This document shows, piece after piece, positions 11,547 to 20,530 of a stretch of DNA of 64,000 nucleotides. The first letter of the stretch is position 1, and each line of letters opens with the position of its first letter. A program made the translations under genes and the position numbers. Under the pieces are notes generated by a model. The model did no database searches, was not told the DNA's origin, and was given only the letters and a program-made list of their open reading frames with translations. This stretch comes from Iphione sp. A-MEVVRFRX5. Lineage: Eukaryota. The stretch covers positions 83,514,001 through 83,578,000 of the forward strand of contig OZ320316.1 of assembly GCA_976226885.1 (NCBI GenBank), written 5' to 3'.

Positions 11547-14500
11547 GGCGGGCGGCGTCTGATTCCGTACCACCCAGCCTGGGACCCCCCTTGGAGGCGA
11601 TGGTCGCTGCCGTCGAGGGGGAGCCAAGGAGGGTACTGCAGGGAAGGAGGAGGACGGGGTGCCGGGGAGTATTGCTAGAGGGAGAAGTCGGCAGACAGGT
11701 GGTGGACTGGCTGGTAGACACAGGAGCCTCCGCTTCCCTCCTCTCGGCACGGACCTACCGAGAACTACAGGGGGTGTCGTTGGACCCGGCGGGGGCGCGA
11801 GTCTTTGGAGTGGATGGCAGCGCCCTACAAGTATTGGGGCTGGTGGATTGCGAAGTTCGGTTCGCAGGGGTCACCCTACAGGTGGTGGCCATTGTGGTAG
11901 AGATGGAGATACCAGGTCTACTTGGCTTGGACTGGCTGGATCGGTGGGCGGCAACAGTAGATACGAGGGAGGCCACGGTCACTGTTTGGCCCGGCAACCG
12001 TGAATGGGCGGCCACCCTGCGAGCCAGCGGCAGTCAAGAGATTCCTGCGGGAGGAATAGGCTGGGTTCAGGCGAAGGCGTGTCAAGGAGGGGTCGACTCT
12101 TTGGAAGGGTTGGCGGAGCCTGACGCCAGGTTCGAGTCACGCTCGGGGCTACGAGTGGCTCGCGCGCTGGTACAACCTCAGGAGGGGAGGGTGTGGGTTC
12201 CAGTGTGGAACCCCGGCTCCCAGGCGACACGAGTCTTCGAGGGAACCCGGTTGGCCGAGCTCCGTCAGGTCGCCGCGGTGCTTGGACCACCCGGGGCTCC
12301 CCAGGAACAGGTGGAGGCAGAGCAAGAGCAAGCTGTAGAGTACTTGCAAGGGCAACTACCGGTAGAGACCACCGACCCGGAGCGGCAGCAGATAGCGGCC
12401 ATGCTACGGCGCCATCGCGAGGTCTTCCAGACAGCCAGTGGGCCGCTCGGCCGTACCCCGGAAGTCCGACATCGCATCGACACCCAGGGTCACCCACCCA
12501 TTCGTCAACGAGCAAGGCGCCTCCCCCCTCACAAGAGGGAGGCAGTTCGCGCGGAGGTAGACAAGATGGTGCAGAAGGGGGTGCTGGAGCCCTCCACAAG
12601 TCCATGGGCATCTCCGTTGGTGCTCGTACAAAAGAAGGATGGGGGGCTACGGTTCTGCATCGACTATCGCAAACTCAACGCCGTCACCAAAAAGGACGCG
12701 TTCCCCCTTCCCCGGATAGACGACACCCTCGATGCCCTGCAGGGTAGCCAGTATTTTTCAGCAATCGACCTGGCCAGCGGTTACTGGCAGGTCGAGATGG
12801 AGCCAGCGGACGCAGAGAAGACGGCGGTATGCACCCCGAACGGCCTTTACCAGTTCCGGGTGATGCCGTTCGGCCTCTGCAACGCGCCCTCCACCTTTGA
12901 GCGGCTTATGGAGTCCGTGCTGCGGGGCCTCGTGGGCACCGAGTGCTTAGTGTACCTCGACGATGTGATCGTCCTAGGTCGCTCAGTGGAGGAGATGTGC
13001 ACCCGACTCGGCACGGTATTCCAGAGGCTGATTGAGGCCGGGCTCCGCGTCAAAGCGTCCAAGTGTCAGCTATTCCAGCGAGAAGTGGCATATCTGGGCC
13101 ATTGGGTCTCGGCGGAAGGGGTAGGGGTCGATCCAGAGAAGATCAGGGCCGTCTCGGGATGGCCCCGCCCCCGGTGTGCAGCAGAACTTCGAAGCTTCCT
13201 AGGACTCTGCTCGTACTACCGCAGCTTTGTGGAAGGGTTTGCCACCCTAGCGGCACCCCTGCATGCCTTGGCTGGAGTGGAGCGGGAGTTTGAGTGGTCC
13301 CCGGCCTGTCAAGAAGCCTTCGAACAGCTGAAGGCCAGGCTGTCCACTACCCCCATCCTGGGTTACCCGACACCCTTGGGGCAATTACTCCTGGACACCG
13401 ATGCTTCCAACACCGGCATCGGTGCGGTGTTGTCTCAAGTGCAGGAAGGACATGAGCGGGTGTTAGCCTATGCCAGCCGCACACTGACCCGCCCCGAGCG
13501 GAACTATTGTGTTATGAGGAAGGAACTCTTGGCGGTGGTGTTCGCCCTCCGGAAGTTTAGATGCTATGTGGGGGGTCGGGCCATTGACATCCGCACCGAC
13601 CACGATTCCTTACGCTGGCTGTGCAACTTCCACGAACCACAAGGACAGCTGGCCAGGTGGTTGGAGGAGGTCTTCTGTCATGACCTCCGGATCACGCACC
13701 GGCCAGGGAAACGCCATGGTAACGCAGATGGACTATCACGGCAAGAATGCAAGCAGTGCGGCCGGCGAGACCTGGGGTCAGAGAGTGCGGCGGCGGTAGG
13801 CATCGCTGGAGTGGAGGGTGGTCCAGACGTGTGCCAGATGCAGAGGGCGGAACCGGCAACAGGCGAGCTCATCCAGGCGCTGGAGGAAGGGGGGTCCCTC
13901 CCTGGACTGCGGGCTGGGTTGACCTGGGAAGAGAGACAGCTCAGAGCGGAAGGACCGAGGCTTGAGCTCCGATCGGGAGCGCTGGTGCGCCTTTGGGAAC
14001 AGGAGGACCGGCAGAGGCTCCCTCAGACCTATGTCCCACGGGCCATACGGAAGAGCCTCTGGCAAGAGACCCACGCGGGCCCTGTGGGTGGCCACCTCGG
14101 TCCAGAGAAAACCGGAGCAGCGCTGCGCCGGCGCTGGTTTTGGCCCGGGATGTCACGCGACGTTGCACGTTGGTCCCAGTGTTGTCAAGCATGCCAGCAA
14201 AGGAAGGGGCCGGGGAGGCGCCACCGGGCCCACCTTCAGGGACGCCCCGTGTCGGAGCCGTGGGAAGTGCTGGCGGCAGACATCTTGGGGCTGCTCCCTG
14301 TGACAGAGAGGGGAAACAGGTACATCCTGGTAGTGGCCGACCACTTCTCGAAGTGGACGGAGGCGTTCCCTCTTGAAGAGGCTACCGCGGCGGCCACAGC
14401 GGACATCATCGTTAGGGAAGTGGTCTGCCGTTTTGGCCCCCCAAGGGTACTCCATTCAGACCAGGGTCGTAACTTCGAGGCGGCACTGTTCGCTGAAGTA

Positions 14501-14980
14501 CTACGACTCCTCGGGATAGAGAAGTCGCGAACCACCCCCTACCACCCCCAGAGTGATGGGGTAGTCGAGCGATTTAATCGCACATTGGGGAACATGCTGG
14601 GCAAGCTAGCCAAGGAGCGCCGGAAAGACTGGGACCAAGCCCTGCCGTTCGTGATGGCCGCCTACCGGGCCACCCCTCACAACGCCACGGGGGAGTCACC
14701 GAACCAGACGCTGTTGCACCGGGAGGTGACGTTGCCGGTGGAGCTGCACTATGGTGGCCCGGCCCCACCTTTGGTGGATCGTGGGGAATACGCGAGCCGG
14801 ATAGCGGAAGAGGTCCGCCGGGCGCATGAGAAGGTAGCCGAGAAGCTGAGTCGCGTAGCAGCACAACAGAGGGACTGGTACAACCGAGGGGTGCGACACC
14901 AACGGTACGCCAAGGGCGACCGGGTCTGGCTTTTCACCCCGGCCCGTAAGAAGGGAATCTCCCCGAAGTTGCAGAGTTAG
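11420..14980 (+). CDS. pol: Pol polyprotein (protease, RT, RNase H, integrase), probably entered by -1 frameshift near 11519
   Basis: LVDTGAS protease, RFCIDYRKLN and YLDD RT, DTDAS RNase H, H-H-C-C zinc motif, ADIL...HSDQG...VVERFN integrase core. Ends at an in-frame TAG inside the integrase tail (KLQS*WEGPW). Confidence 0.96.
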   Translation: MLLLQGARALQAGLPGAEGSRGHRRRCSNAAGKREAAPPGSVGRAASDSVPPSLGPPLEAMVAAVEGEPRRVLQGRRRTGCRGVLLEGEVGRQVVDWLVDTGASASLLSARTYRELQGVSLDPAGARVFGVDGSALQVLGLVDCEVRFAGVTLQVVAIVVEMEIPGLLGLDWLDRWAATVDTREATVTVWPGNREWAATLRASGSQEIPAGGIGWVQAKACQGGVDSLEGLAEPDARFESRSGLRVARALVQPQEGRVWVPVWNPGSQATRVFEGTRLAELRQVAAVLGPPGAPQEQVEAEQEQAVEYLQGQLPVETTDPERQQIAAMLRRHREVFQTASGPLGRTPEVRHRIDTQGHPPIRQRARRLPPHKREAVRAEVDKMVQKGVLEPSTSPWASPLVLVQKKDGGLRFCIDYRKLNAVTKKDAFPLPRIDDTLDALQGSQYFSAIDLASGYWQVEMEPADAEKTAVCTPNGLYQFRVMPFGLCNAPSTFERLMESVLRGLVGTECLVYLDDVIVLGRSVEEMCTRLGTVFQRLIEAGLRVKASKCQLFQREVAYLGHWVSAEGVGVDPEKIRAVSGWPRPRCAAELRSFLGLCSYYRSFVEGFATLAAPLHALAGVEREFEWSPACQEAFEQLKARLSTTPILGYPTPLGQLLLDTDASNTGIGAVLSQVQEGHERVLAYASRTLTRPERNYCVMRKELLAVVFALRKFRCYVGGRAIDIRTDHDSLRWLCNFHEPQGQLARWLEEVFCHDLRITHRPGKRHGNADGLSRQECKQCGRRDLGSESAAAVGIAGVEGGPDVCQMQRAEPATGELIQALEEGGSLPGLRAGLTWEERQLRAEGPRLELRSGALVRLWEQEDRQRLPQTYVPRAIRKSLWQETHAGPVGGHLGPEKTGAALRRRWFWPGMSRDVARWSQCCQACQQRKGPGRRHRAHLQGRPVSEPWEVLAADILGLLPVTERGNRYILVVADHFSKWTEAFPLEEATAAATADIIVREVVCRFGPPRVLHSDQGRNFEAALFAEVLRLLGIEKSRTTPYHPQSDGVVERFNRTLGNMLGKLAKERRKDWDQALPFVMAAYRATPHNATGESPNQTLLHREVTLPVELHYGGPAPPLVDRGEYASRIAEEVRRAHEKVAEKLSRVAAQQRDWYNRGVRHQRYAKGDRVWLFTPARKKGISPKLQS
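11513..11563 (+). promoter_or_regulatory. Candidate -1 programmed ribosomal frameshift signal
   Basis: G_GAA_AAC at 11513-11519 in the gag frame, 5-nt spacer, then stem GCCGCCC (11525-31) / GGGCGGC (11550-56). Pol is in the -1 frame relative to gag. Confidence 0.7.
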
Positions 14981-17900
14981 TGGGAGGGACCTTGGACCGT
15001 GGAGAAGGCGTTGTCTGAGGTGGTGTACCGAGTCAGTCTTGGACATCGGCATAGAGTAGTTCATGCAGATCGCCTGAAGATCGCCCATCTCGACCCCCAA
15101 GTAACGTGCGGCGTTCAGGAGGCCGCAGCGGCACAGGACGAGATGCAGCGGGCCCAGGAGGAAGCCGCAAGGCCGCACAGTCACGCCATGCCGATAGAGG
15201 GCGCCGCAGCCGCATCTCAGCATATAAGAGGCAGCGCGCTGGGCCCCACCCCGTCAACCGCAATACCGCGTGATTCGACCGCTAGTCTCCAGGCGTCGCC
15301 AGGGGAGCCGCAGGAAGTGGCACCCGAGCGACACCACACGATCCACAGCGTCGTGATCCACGCAACACGTGTCGAGCGCCGACAGAACGCACCTAAGCCC
15401 ACCGACCAGAGAACATCGACCCGGGGCCGCGGCGACAGAAGAGAAGCCGCTGCCGCTCAACGTCTGACTTCGACGAGGGATTCGCCGCGGCAGCACGAGG
15501 TGAGGAACCTACCGTTGGTAGCAGCACACATGGGCGATAACCGGGGTAACGGGGGAAAGCCGCGCTGGGTGAGCGGCGAAGGTCGTGATGCACCCTTGTT
15601 TTTCGATGAAATGTGTGGTAAACCTGTCGCCGCTGCGGAGGGAACTACCTGGAACCGTTACTCTCATGGGTACCTTTCTTCCGCAGCTCGACTGGCGTGC
15701 CGCGCGGGGGTGGACTGTAGCCGCACCATCCCCCTCCGACGTAGTGGCCGCAGGCTCGCACGCCCCAGTGGAGTCGACACACCCCTGCCGCTGTGCGGCG
15801 ATCTAGCAGATGCATCGCCGCAGCCAGGGTGCCAGGGCACCGCCGCGGCACTACCCGGCGACGACCAACAGCGAGAGGATCGCCGCAGTACCGCAACCAG
15901 CCATCCACGCGAGGAGACCCGCAGCGCCGCAGAGGCCGACCGTGCCCCACCGAAACTGGTTCAGACCCGCAGTGCCGCTGCGGCCCTCACTGTCTCGTCA
16001 CCGAGCGGCCGTGCGCCACCTGCGAATTGTGCCTCACCGGTGCCGCATCGCCGCATCGACGACATGGCTGACGCACCAGAGGACGCCCCCCCACCCGATG
16101 CTGAGAGCGACGACTCGGGGTCCTCTGGCGAGGAGGAACCAGGTGCCCCGGAGGAGCGCCGTCACCGCTGCTCCCGCTGTGCGTCCACGTTCGCACAGCC
16201 GTCCAACCTGCGCCGCCACCTGAAAGATGTGCACGCGCCTGAGGGATTGGGCTGGTTGTGCCCCGACCCCGAGTGTGAGCAACAAGCCTTCCACCGGCGC
16301 ACCGACTGGAAGCGGCACCTGAATGGGGTCCACGAACCCAACGATTGGGCCCTGACAGTGGACCTCCAGTACCTGCGGTTCTGGGGTCTCAACCCCACCT
16401 ACGGGGAGCCGCGTCTCTGCCCGGCCGATAAGGTGGAGATGCTTCAGCGAGCCCGGGCCCGAGAAAAGAAGAGCCGGGAGAAGGAAGTGCGCAGAGCGGC
16501 GGGCCGACTCCCGACGCATACAGGGGCCTCCAAGCGAAGCAGTAAAAAAAGAGGGCGCTCCGCTACGCCGGAAGAAGGTAGCGACAACCGAGCAGAGGGA
16601 CCCTCCGCGGTCATCCCAGGGGCTGCAACCCAGCGGCAGCAAGGGCCCGAAGCCGGTTCATCGGCCGAGCAGCCAGAGGACTGGGCGGAGCCACCGCCAG
16701 GGCAGCCGTTGACGTCTACTGGCTCGTCGACCCCGTCGGGACCCCGAGCAATCGGGGGGACCCGGAAGGCACGACGGCGACGGGGAGCGCCCACCCGACA
16801 ACGGAGGGATCCCCCTCCCAGTTCGTCGGAGGAGAGTGCCCTGCCGTCTGCCCGGGCGCCGGGAGTGGTATCCCGGACGGTGTCGTCGGGCCCCCTGGGT
16901 GGGGAGGAGACTATGACCGGGGACGCCAACCGGAGTGGGACCAGTTGCGCCGGACCCCCCCCACCGCCCGCAACCACAGGGGCACCGGAACCGGATAAGG
17001 GGGCACCGCCACGCCCTCCTGGCGCCGAGGGCACCACTGCTGCTCTGGAGGGACGAGGGACGGGCCGCTCAGTGGATGCCCCACACCAAGGACCGCAGAC
17101 CCCACCGGGTCCCCCGCCTAGTAGCAGCTCGGGCCGGGACTCTTCCACAGACGAGGCGCGGCGCTTGGTGAAGGAGTGGGCGGCCAGCGTCCTTCGCGAG
17201 GAGGGGCCTGACCATCGCGCCCCCGGGCCTCCAGCGTCGGCCATGCCCGATCTCCCGCCAGACAGCGAAGGAGGGGGGTCCCCCGTCTCCGGTCAGACGT
17301 CGGATCGCGGCACAGGAACCCCCGACGGGGCGGGTGATGGCAGCACCCCTTCCACGGCCGAGCCCTTGCCCCAGGAAGCCCTAGGCCAGTACACTGGCTC
17401 CACGGGAGCCGCGACGGGAGACAGTCAGGGCAGTGGGGGATCGGGACCCCCGCCCCGCTTGGACCAGCGTTTGGCCACTCGCACGTATGCGAGACCGCAC
17501 CGCCCCCCTTCCCGAGAAAAAGAAGGACGGGACGCCCCCCCACCAAGGCCAGAGGTAGCCACGCCCGACAACATAGACCTGCCTGCCGGGGCGTCGCACT
17601 ACAAGGGACGCAGACTATTCCTGGACTCAGCTAGCCAGATGTCGGCTGACGAGCCTCCCCCGCAGCTGCAGGTGACCCTGCCCCGGGTAACGACCGTGGA
17701 GCCGAGGGGCGAGGGATTGTCCGGACTCTCCGGTGCAGCGGGGACTCGCCAGGTGGGAGTGCGAGCGACCTTCCGGGCCTCCCCCACGGCCCGGTCTGTC
17801 GGGCTGTCACCCCCATGTCGCCTCCCTGGCAGGGGCAGGGGTGCCCCCGACCGTCGCAGGGAGCCCAGGCCAGGGACCCCGATTGGAGCGCCATCGTGGG

Positions 17901-18379
17901 AAGAAGACGAACGTCGGCTGGACGAACGCCTAGGCGTAGGTTGGGAACGGCCGGTGGAGGGAGACGTGGTGGACCTTGTAACACCGCCCAGGTCCATCAC
18001 ACCGTCGCCAGCCAAGAAGCCGAGATTGGGGGGGGCCGCGGAGGCTGACCCAGCCAGGGAGCCCTTGACCACAGGCCCGACCGTGACACACGGGTCCTCG
18101 AGTGAGGGGCAGGCCCCCGGGGACGACGGTGAGGAGGACCAGGAGCTGGCGACCCTCTTTGAGGAGGAATCCTCCGAGGAGGAGCGGGAGCCCCCCCCCC
18201 CGACGGCACGGCCCTGTGCCCGCACAGCTCACCCGTGCCAGACACTGATTCCAGGGGTCCCCAGCCAACCATGCCCACGGCACCGAGGGTGCCTCTGGGG
18301 ACCAACGACGCAGACACAGTGGGAATCACGGCAAGACCTCCGGGGAGTCCGCAGCAGGAAGAGGTCCCAACTTCCATGA
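14981..18379 (+). CDS. In-frame continuation of pol: integrase tail, two C2H2 zinc fingers (16169-16333) and a long disordered region
   Basis: Same frame as pol. Contains WEGPW...HADRLK, then CSRC..F.....L..H....H and CPDPEC...F.....W..H....H, and basic patches KRSSKKRGR, RKARRRRG and PAKKPRL. Confidence 0.8.
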   Translation, partial: WEGPWTVEKALSEVVYRVSLGHRHRVVHADRLKIAHLDPQVTCGVQEAAAAQDEMQRAQEEAARPHSHAMPIEGAAAASQHIRGSALGPTPSTAIPRDSTASLQASPGEPQEVAPERHHTIHSVVIHATRVERRQNAPKPTDQRTSTRGRGDRREAAAAQRLTSTRDSPRQHEVRNLPLVAAHMGDNRGNGGKPRWVSGEGRDAPLFFDEMCGKPVAAAEGTTWNRYSHGYLSSAARLACRAGVDCSRTIPLRRSGRRLARPSGVDTPLPLCGDLADASPQPGCQGTAAALPGDDQQREDRRSTATSHPREETRSAAEADRAPPKLVQTRSAAAALTVSSPSGRAPPANCASPVPHRRIDDMADAPEDAPPPDAESDDSGSSGEEEPGAPEERRHRCSRCASTFAQPSNLRRHLKDVHAPEGLGWLCPDPECEQQAFHRRTDWKRHLNGVHEPNDWALTVDLQYLRFWGLNPTYGEPRLCPADKVEMLQRARAREKKSREKEVRRAAGRLPTHTGASKRSSKKRGRSATPEEGSDNRAEGPSAVIPGAATQRQQGPEAGSSAEQPEDWAEPPPGQPLTSTGSSTPSGPRAIGGTRKARRRRGAPTRQRRDPPPSSSEESALPSARAPGVVSRTVSSGPLGGEETMTGDANRSGTSCAGPPPPPATTGAPEPDKGAPPRPPGAEGTTAALEGRGTGRSVDAPHQGPQTPPGPPPSSSSGRDSSTDEARRLVKEWAASVLREEGPDHRAPGPPASAMPDLPPDSEGGGSPVSGQTSDRGTGTPDGAGDGSTPSTAEPLPQEALGQYTGSTGAATGDSQGSGGSGPPPRLDQRLATRTYARPHRPPSREKEGRDAPPPRPEVATPDNIDLPAGASHYKGRRLFLDSASQMSADEPPPQLQVTLPRVTTVEPRGEGLSGLSGAAGTRQVGVRATFRASPTARSVGLSPPCRLPGRGRGAPDRRREPRPGTPIGAPSWEEDERRLDERLGVGWERPVEGDVVDLVTPPRSITPSPAKKPRLGGAAEADPAREPLTTGPTVTHGSSSEGQAPGDDGEEDQELATLFEEESSEEEREPPPPTARPCARTAHPCQTLIPGVPSQPCPRHRGCLWGPTTQTQWESRQDLRGVRSRKRSQLP

Positions 18380-19656
18380 TGCAGAAGGAGGCGGAGACGG
18401 AGGAGAGCCCGGGTGGTGGCGTGATATCCAACCTTACTGCCACCGAGGGGGCCGGCCCAACTCCCGACCCCAGGGCCAGTTCAGCCGCGAGCCCGATCAT
18501 CGTAGAGGCACCAGCGGAGAGCCAGTGGAACATTCCAACCACCCTGGAGCGGAGAGGCGAAGAGGTGACGGCGGGCCCAGGGCGGACACACGAGCCCAGT
18601 GGGCCGACAGGGGACGAGGTAGCCACAACAGAGGGGGTTGGGCCAGCCACCAGCCCCGCCGCCAGCCCAGCCACAGGCACGACCCCCGAGGAAGTACCGA
18701 CTGGAAGTCGACAAGAAGACGCCCCCGAAGAGACGGCGAGCCCAGAGCGACCTAGAGAGCCTAGAGGGCCGGCGGAGGGGGTGCGTCGGGCCTCTCCACT
18801 TCATCTCCAGCTGGTGCCGCCGCCCTCGCGAGGGAGAGGGAGCTGGTCCGCAGGGCGGACTCGAGGTCAGGGCACGTCCCCAGTACCGGGGATAACTCGG
18901 CCGGAAGGACCCCGAAAGAAGCAAGGCGGGGCCGGCGTGCCTGTGACGGCTGGAGAGACCACAAGGGGCCGCGGACGGGGGCCCCCTTTCACATCCACCC
19001 CGGGAACCTCAGGAGGCGAGGGAAGAGCGAGCCCCCGCAGAGTGGCCCCCGTCAGACCTTGGGAGGATCCAACAGCAGCAGCATCGCCAGGAGGGCTTCC
19101 GCGCGGCCCGACACCGGGCCCTGGCCGCGGGGCACGCCCTCCCTCGGGCCCCTCCCTTGCGCTGGGGCCACCGGCGCTCCCGGGGCTGGGGGGGTGGGGG
19201 ACGCGGCCAAACCTCCCCTCTGGCCCGCCCGCACCTCCCAGCGTACCTTGGTCGGCCCGGCCAACCCCTGGGACGGGAGCATCCCTGCAAGACGTATCAG
19301 GCTCGTCAGGAGCGGAGGAAGAGGTTCCGGCCGCCGTGTACGTCTGGGCGGCATCACGTTTGGTGTCACCAGAATCCACCCTACCACCCGGGTGGATGGT
19401 CATTTCTAACTCCTCGGCTTTGGATGTGCAGGTGCTCACCGCCGGGCAGGTGAAGGTCGTCCTCCGGCAGACCGTCACCTTCCGACGACTTGGGGTGCCG
19501 GTCCCGGGCAGCGAGCTGGCCACATGGTACACCAACTACGGGACGGTACTGACGCGGGGCCGTCCAGTGCGGCTTCTGTCCACGTGGCGGGAGGAGCCCA
19601 CCGCCGGGGGCAACGTGGAAGTCCACATCCGCGAGTCATGGACGGTTTACCTGTGA
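18202..19656 (+). CDS. Distal part of the accessory ORF (frame changes at the C11 run, 18191-18201), ending in a ~110-aa globular-looking domain
   Basis: Open frame from the C run to TGA at 19656. Pro/Thr/Glu-rich repeats are followed by the hydrophobic segment VYVWAASRLV...VEVHIRESWTVYL. Confidence 0.7.
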   Translation, partial: DGTALCPHSSPVPDTDSRGPQPTMPTAPRVPLGTNDADTVGITARPPGSPQQEEVPTSMMQKEAETEESPGGGVISNLTATEGAGPTPDPRASSAASPIIVEAPAESQWNIPTTLERRGEEVTAGPGRTHEPSGPTGDEVATTEGVGPATSPAASPATGTTPEEVPTGSRQEDAPEETASPERPREPRGPAEGVRRASPLHLQLVPPPSRGRGSWSAGRTRGQGTSPVPGITRPEGPRKKQGGAGVPVTAGETTRGRGRGPPFTSTPGTSGGEGRASPRRVAPVRPWEDPTAAASPGGLPRGPTPGPGRGARPPSGPSLALGPPALPGLGGWGTRPNLPSGPPAPPSVPWSARPTPGTGASLQDVSGSSGAEEEVPAAVYVWAASRLVSPESTLPPGWMVISNSSALDVQVLTAGQVKVVLRQTVTFRRLGVPVPGSELATWYTNYGTVLTRGRPVRLLSTWREEPTAGGNVEVHIRESWTVYL

Positions 19657-19834
19657 TTCGGAGAAGCGGGTATAGCTGATGATCAGACTACCCCTGGATT
19701 CGCGACATTACGAGGAATGTGTTACCGGACTTGGACGCCAGACCGCCCTAGGACTTGAGAGTGTTGAACAGTTACAGACAGTTACAGTTGCAGTTACGGT
19801 TGGGAAGCGAGTTGCTTGGGGACAAGCAACCTCT

Positions 19835-19847
19835 AAGGGGAGGGCAA
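19835..19847 (+). promoter_or_regulatory. Polypurine tract
   Basis: AAGGGGAGGG(CAA) immediately before the TG of the 3' LTR. Confidence 0.85.
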
Positions 19848-20158
19848 TGTTGGAGCCACTGCGTGGCTGCGGCACCGCGGCACACCAGGGGTGCTGCGGC
19901 ACAGTGGATTGGACTGGTGGGGTGCAGCAGCACGCCCCCGTGCGGCACTCGAAGGGGTGCTGCGGAGTATGAGGGGTCCGGTACCCGGATGCTGAGGAGA
20001 CTGGGGGTGGGTATATAAGGGAGTTGGCCCATCCGGGCAGTTCAGATTACCTTTGGTGCTCACTGTTGGTGCTCACTGCTTATGCTCATATTGTTCTTAC
20101 TGAATAAACCTCATTATCTTAACTGGAGTTATGTCTTACTTGCGGAGCGGACGTTACA
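19848..20158 (+). repeat. 3' LTR (311 bp)
   Basis: Direct repeat of 9800-10110, followed by the TSD ATAT. Confidence 0.97.
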
Positions 20159-20530
20159 ATATTTATCCACCGAAACGTCACAACACAACTGTGCAGTGTC
20201 AAGGGAGCTTGAGGGGTATGCAACTACGTGCATATTAACGATTTTTTGAACATTTATAAATAGATGTGCTGTGAATGTTCTCTATATAGTATTGGCATGT
20301 TGTGGTTGGCAATTGTCAGTCAATCAAACGTTAACGAAGAAGGTTCTCTCTGATAACCCCATGATATCCTTCAATGCGTAGGAGCCAAGCATCAATGTTT
20401 TATAGTATACTGATCGAATATCATTATTGTTAAGGTCACCGACAGTGGCATTTAGTGGACCGATCTCATGACACCTTTGCACAAGATTTGCCTTTTACTT
20501 GAACACGTTCCTGCGACAACAGCGTTTATC

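Larger units (their letters stand above)
9800..20158 (+). mobile_element. Full-length Ty3/Gypsy LTR retrotransposon, 10359 bp
   Basis: Two 311-bp TG...CA LTRs, 4-bp TSD ATAT (9796-9799 and 20159-20162), PBS, PPT, gag, and pol in PR-RT-RH-IN order. Confidence 0.98.

Noticed and set aside
11541-11678. MLV-like readthrough of the gag stop (CAG TAG GGC)
   Set aside because: The readthrough frame stops at 11676-78 before the protease, which lies in the -1 frame.
14999-19656. Envelope gene
   Set aside because: No signal peptide, fusion-peptide or transmembrane segment is visible.
10034-20063. Dozens of overlapping short ORFs on both strands of the Gypsy element
   Set aside because: Expected from stop-codon scarcity in very GC-rich DNA. 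They show no motifs and overlap the main frames.
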